A DNA stretch of 64,000 bases from assembly GCF_964355755.1 (NCBI RefSeq), contig NC_092676.1:25004871-25068870 (forward strand), written 5' to 3'. Of the stretch, positions 63,288 to 64,000 are shown one piece after another. How positions within the stretch are numbered: the first letter of the stretch is position 1; each line of letters opens with the position of its first letter. The translations under genes were made by a program, and so were the position numbers. The notes beneath the pieces are model-generated. The model searched no databases, was not told where the DNA came from, and worked only from the letters and a program-made list of their open reading frames with translations. This DNA comes from Antedon mediterranea (taxonomy: Eukaryota > Animalia > Echinodermata).

Positions 63288-64000
63288 GAGACAGGTAGTA
63301 TAATCTGGATAAGCGTGCCCGGCATCAATCTTTCGTACCTTGCTGAAACATGTGCAGACCATGCTGCGCAGTAACCTCCAATTACCAAATTGTTTCGACC
63401 GTATATAGCCTATTTCCTGATATTCCCTTAATATAATAATACATTTCCTTTTTCATAATATGATATGAAATATATAAACAGATTGAAGCATTTGAACAAA
63501 ACTCAATGGCGCGGCGCATGACGTAAGATACACGGTACTGTTTTGGAAGCTTTCGAGTTCAAACGAACAGGACCTAGTACACATGCGCGTGTTGCATTTT
63601 TGATACCATTCTATAATTATCCGCCATTATTTATTCCATGCACCATAGATTGTTTCACAAAATCTATTTGTGTTTTGCTAATAATTATAGTAATTTGGAA
63701 TCTAGAAGTTTCCATTCCACACAAAGGAGTGATTAACGAAAAGGGTAAGATTGCCTAGACCAGCAAGTCACGCATTTGTAAACGAGTCGTTTTAACTTAC
63801 ATATTTCCAGAAAGTTAACAGATGTAGGCCTACTGTATTGCTAGTTGAAGCATGAACAAACTAAACAAATTATCATTTTTGTTTCTTTAGGGAACTAATT
63901 TTATTAATGCCTATATTCCGGAATTTGAATTTTTTATTTAATTGATTAAAATAATATTTTTGATATATCTTATCGCAACAGGTTTTTTATTGAATTGGAT

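Overview
AT-rich eukaryotic genomic DNA from an invertebrate animal. A deuterostome, probably an echinoderm, is inferred from abundant TAGGCCTA motifs, CAAC-ATG start contexts and a Deu/Nin-domain SINE. Two protein-coding genes lie on the minus strand. (1) An SMCR8 orthologue (folliculin/DENN family, C9orf72 partner), reconstructed by hand as 19 phase-consistent GT-AG coding exons from 52662 to 7739 (2571 nt, about 856 aa), plus a probable 5' non-coding exon near 53221-53270. (2) A single-exon type I membrane protein with two Ig domains (61011-59866, 381 aa) whose cytoplasmic tail carries ITAM-like and other Tyr motifs. The rest is introns and intergenic DNA rich in non-autonomous DNA transposons (Harbinger-, pogo/Tc1-, Kolobok-, hAT-, Helentron- and possibly Crypton-like), several nested in an order that can be read from their TSDs, plus decayed L2/CR1-type and RTE-type LINE fragments, SINEs and many tandem repeats. 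No prokaryotic features, CRISPR arrays, rRNA or intact tRNA genes were seen. All family assignments come from motif recognition, not database searches.
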